From an archaeon GW2011_AR10 (GTDB taxonomy: Archaea; Iainarchaeota; Iainarchaeia; Iainarchaeales; GW2011-AR10): DNA of 32,000 nucleotides. Below, piece by piece: positions 29,221-32,000 of this stretch. Made by a program: the position numbers and the translations under genes. Under the pieces are notes generated by a model. That model saw only the letters and a list, made by a program, of their open reading frames with translations, was not told the origin of the DNA and did no database searches. Each line of letters begins with the position of its first letter. Positions within the stretch are counted from its first letter, which is position 1. The stretch lies in NCBI GenBank assembly GCA_000830275.1, contig CP010424.1, positions 120,001-152,000 on the forward strand. The letters run 5' to 3'.

Positions 29221-30456
29221 CTATTTGAATGACTTTAATGCTTCTGCAATAGTGTAAAGTGAACCTGTTACTAGCACTAAGTCATTTTTTTTTGCCTGCT
29301 TTACTGCGTTTTTTATTGCTTTTTTAACCGGAACAACAACTTTGTTTCCGATGAATTTTTCCTTCAATTCTTTGACCTTGAAAGCCCTGTCATTTTTTGG
29401 GGCTGTTAAAATTAATTCATCAGGCTTGAAGAAGCCAAGCATTCCCTCAACATTTTTGTCTTTTAGGGCACCGAAAACAAGGATTAATTTTTGGTAATTG
29501 AACAATTTCAGTGCCTTGCCAAGGCTTTCTGCTCCATTAGGGTTGTGAGCTGCATCAACTATGATTAAGGGTTGTCTTCGCAGCACTTGAATTCTTCCTG
29601 GCCAGAGCATTTTAGCGATGCCTTGCTTCCTGGCTTTCTTGGAAACATGGAATCCTTGCAGTTGCAGGCAGTGGACTGCTCCAAGCGCTAGCGAGGCATT
29701 CTCCACTTGGTGGAATCCAATCATTTTTGTTTTTATGCCGGTCAAATGAACTGGTTTAAGCAAATCAAACAGGTTTCCATGAGAGCTGACTTCAATTGCC
29801 TTAAATTCAGGTGAAACAATTTTTGTTTCCTTTAGTTCTGCCACGCTCCTTATGACTGGAAAGCCCGGGTTGCTTTCCAGTGCAACGCACATTGAGTTGC
29901 ATTTGATTATTCCTGCTTTCTCAGAGGCAATTTTTTCAATTGAACTGCCAAGGCTTTTTTCGTGCTCTAAGGCGATTTCTGTTATTACTTGTACTTTGCT
30001 TTCAATTATGTTTGTGGCATCAAGCCTTCCACCCATTCCAGTTTCAATTACCAAAAAATCAACATTTTTTTCTAGGAAGTGCTTGAATGCGAGTGCAGTC
30101 AAAAACTCGAAGTAGCTTGGCTTTTTCTTCATTTTACTTAAAACTTTTTTAATTTCAGAGGCCTCTGCAGCAAACCCTTCCCTTGAAATTTCGCGGTTGT
30201 TTGTTTTAATTCGTTCAGTGATTGAGAGGAGATGAGGCGACGTGTAAGTGCCAACAACGTAATTGTCTTCTATTAAGATTGAGGAAATAAATGATGTAAC
30301 GCTTCCTTTCCCGTTAGAGCCGGCAATGTGGACTGCGTTCAGTTTTCCCAAGTCAAGGCCAAGTGCCATGCACAGTTCCTTTACTGTAGCCAAATCAAAA
30401 TCCTTGTTTTTAACTTTCAGTGACTCAACAAATTTTTCTGCTTGCCCGAAGTTCAT
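29221..30456 (-). CDS. folC: Mur-ligase-family folylpolyglutamate synthase/dihydrofolate synthase-like protein
   Basis: It contains VHIAGSNGKGSVTSFISSIL (P-loop), GTYTSPHL, IETGMGGRLDATN and DAAHNP. The ATG overlaps the pcm stop (ATGA). Confidence 0.8.
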   Translation of the reverse strand: MNFGQAEKFVESLKVKNKDFDLATVKELCMALGLDLGKLNAVHIAGSNGKGSVTSFISSILIEDNYVVGTYTSPHLLSITERIKTNNREISREGFAAEASEIKKVLSKMKKKPSYFEFLTALAFKHFLEKNVDFLVIETGMGGRLDATNIIESKVQVITEIALEHEKSLGSSIEKIASEKAGIIKCNSMCVALESNPGFPVIRSVAELKETKIVSPEFKAIEVSSHGNLFDLLKPVHLTGIKTKMIGFHQVENASLALGAVHCLQLQGFHVSKKARKQGIAKMLWPGRIQVLRRQPLIIVDAAHNPNGAESLGKALKLFNYQKLILVFGALKDKNVEGMLGFFKPDELILTAPKNDRAFKVKELKEKFIGNKVVVPVKKAIKNAVKQAKKNDLVLVTGSLYTIAEALKSFK

Positions 30457-31106
30457 CTGAATCCGTGCTCTCCTTTAAGCGGAACAAAAACAAAGTAGCT
30501 TTCAAGATACTGTTCTTTCAGCGGCCTGCCATTTTTTTTCTTTAAGGTCTGCATTGCTTGAGTGAACTTGTCCCCGACAGGCGCAACAATTCTGCCGCCT
30601 TCTTTAAGCTGGTCAAACAAAGGCTTTGGAACAAAAGGGCAGGCAGCCGAAACAAGGATTCTGTCAAATGGCGCCTTTTCTTTCGAGCCCAGGGAACCAT
30701 CGCCTTTCACTATTTCAACGTTTTTGCAGCCTTGCTTATTCAAGTTTTTTTTTGACTGCCCTATGAGCTCTTCCTCCAGTTCCATTCCAGTAACGCGTCC
30801 ATTGCTTTCAACAATTTCGCTGAGGAGCGCAGCAACGTAACCTGAACCGCTGCCAACCTCCAAGACATTCATGCCTTTACCTGCTTCAAGCAGTTCAAGC
30901 ATTACCGCAATTGTTGTTGGCTGGCTTATTGTCTGGCCTGAACCAATCGGCAGGGCAGTGTCAAGGTATGCATCTTTTTCCATCCATTTTCCCAAAAACA
31001 GTTCTCTTTTCACTTTCAGGAATGCAATTTCAACTGCCGTGCTTTTAATTGCACCGGAGCCCTTCAGGAACTCTACAAGCTGCCTTCTTTTCTGCTCAAA
31101 GTTCAT
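30453..31106 (-). CDS. pcm: Protein-L-isoaspartate O-methyltransferase
   Basis: It contains GQTISQPTTIAVMLELL, VLEVGSGSGYVAALLSEIV, APFDRILVSAA and LKEGGRIVAPVG. Confidence 0.92.
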   Translation of the reverse strand: MNFEQKRRQLVEFLKGSGAIKSTAVEIAFLKVKRELFLGKWMEKDAYLDTALPIGSGQTISQPTTIAVMLELLEAGKGMNVLEVGSGSGYVAALLSEIVESNGRVTGMELEEELIGQSKKNLNKQGCKNVEIVKGDGSLGSKEKAPFDRILVSAACPFVPKPLFDQLKEGGRIVAPVGDKFTQAMQTLKKKNGRPLKEQYLESYFVFVPLKGEHGFR

Positions 31107-31989
31107 CCTTTTTTTTCTCCCGTGCCTTTATTATTTTCATTAGGTCCTTTGGCTTGGAAAGACTTTCAAGTTCCTCTTCCTCTACAACCGGAATGCTTTC
31201 AACGCTTTTCTTTTTCGACTCCTTTGCAAGAATCATTAAATGGCTTTCAAGGATTCCTTTGGTTTTTGCCAGTTTCAATGCACGGTGCCTTATTTCATGT
31301 TCTCCTTTCCCGATGCTAATGAGCAGGGAATCAGTTGGATGAGAAAACGCTTTGAATGGAGCGTGCTCAAACAATGCCAAGTCAAGGCCAAGCCTCTGCA
31401 CTTTTGAAAGCATCGGCTCATCAAGCTGTTTATCAAATATGTCCGCACCAGAAAACTTTTTTTCAAAGAGGTTTACTTCCTTTATCAGGCTTGTTTTCAG
31501 TGCCCCTTCAAGTTTTTCAGCTGTTTCAAGCGTGGAAGCACTGCCCTTCTCATACCTGTGAATTGACTCAGGGGCAGCACCAACTTTTTCAGCAAGCTCT
31601 TCCCTGCTTAGCCCCATGTTTTTTCTTTTCTGCACCAGCTTTTCAGCGTCAAGCTCAACTATTTTTCTTCCCTTAAAGTACTTTACGCTTGGCATTTCTT
31701 TTTCCAGAAATTTCTTAAAGCTTGAAATCGTCAGCACGGGAATTCCATAGCGCTCATAAACTACCTCGTCTTTCAGCTTAAATGCCTTGGTTTTTTCGCC
31801 GATTATTAGGGCGTTTGCGTTGAGGGCATTGCTCAGTTTCCCTAGTTCTTCTCCTTGCTCTTGCCTGATGGAGTCGATGTTGGAGTAAATTTTTATCAGC
31901 AGCACAAGACTTGAATGCCTTGCCGCGATGTCAAAGCAGTTGTTTGAGTGAAAAAATGAGCTGACCAAGAAACCCTTTCTTATCAGCAT
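31096..31989 (-). CDS. Conserved archaeal putative HTH-type (XRE-like) transcriptional regulator (MJ1164-type family)
   Basis: It contains FDIAARHSSLVLLIKIYSNIDS...ALIIGEKT......VVYERYGIPVLT, then an HTH GLSREELAEKVGAAPESIHRYEKG. This matches my recollection of that archaea-wide family. It overlaps pcm by 11 nt, giving an operon of regulator, pcm and folC-like gene. Confidence 0.75.
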   Translation of the reverse strand: MLIRKGFLVSSFFHSNNCFDIAARHSSLVLLIKIYSNIDSIRQEQGEELGKLSNALNANALIIGEKTKAFKLKDEVVYERYGIPVLTISSFKKFLEKEMPSVKYFKGRKIVELDAEKLVQKRKNMGLSREELAEKVGAAPESIHRYEKGSASTLETAEKLEGALKTSLIKEVNLFEKKFSGADIFDKQLDEPMLSKVQRLGLDLALFEHAPFKAFSHPTDSLLISIGKGEHEIRHRALKLAKTKGILESHLMILAKESKKKSVESIPVVEEEELESLSKPKDLMKIIKAREKKKDEL

Positions 31990-32000
31990 GGACGTTATTT

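Noticed and set aside
29221-30456. The FolC-like gene as an anomaly in a reduced genome
   Set aside because: Without the rest of the genome I cannot say whether folate or related Mur-ligase chemistry is otherwise absent. The gene sits in an ordinary overlapping operon with pcm.

Overview
This is an archaeal chromosomal segment. Markers are a group II chaperonin (thermosome), FEN1, EndA tRNA-splicing endonuclease, archaeal-type IleRS and TrpRS, a Sulfolobus-type single-OB SSB, histone-fold proteins and a tRNA with a canonical bulge-helix-bulge (BHB) intron. Genes are small, tightly packed and often overlap by 4-11 nt. Many appear leaderless, with an AT-rich TATA about 25 nt upstream of the ATG; others carry GGAGG/GGTG ribosome-binding sites. 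A small-genome uncultivated lineage (DPANN-like) is a plausible source, but that is inference only.

The housekeeping backbone is ileS, tRNA-Ile, ssb, ths, endA, trpS, fen, pcm and a folC-like gene. Accessory material interrupts it:

1. A ~4.1 kb block at 12.7-16.9 kb carries a B12-domain radical SAM enzyme translationally coupled to a class I methyltransferase, a divergent fused double Lrp/AsnC regulator and a RelE/antitoxin pair. The block is bracketed by two 60/61-identical copies of a 61-bp element that I read as a canonical archaeal C/D-box sRNA gene. The toxin-antitoxin (TA) pair is itself bracketed by a perfect 20-bp direct repeat. This is my best candidate for an undescribed system.
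2. Two very large cysteine-rich surface proteins flank fen. One is secreted and ends in a dockerin-like module. The other is membrane-anchored with a long K/E-rich cytoplasmic tail.
3. Two unusual histone-fold proteins are present, one a 58-aa ORF missing from the ORF track.
4. A PIN(DUF3368)/UPF0175 TA pair is preceded by a perfect 3 x 44 bp tandem repeat.
5. An intron-containing tRNA-Ile with a UAU anticodon sits directly upstream of, and on the same strand as, ileS. A GC-rich structured 165-nt spacer separates them.

All functional calls come from reading motifs in the translations. No database search was possible.
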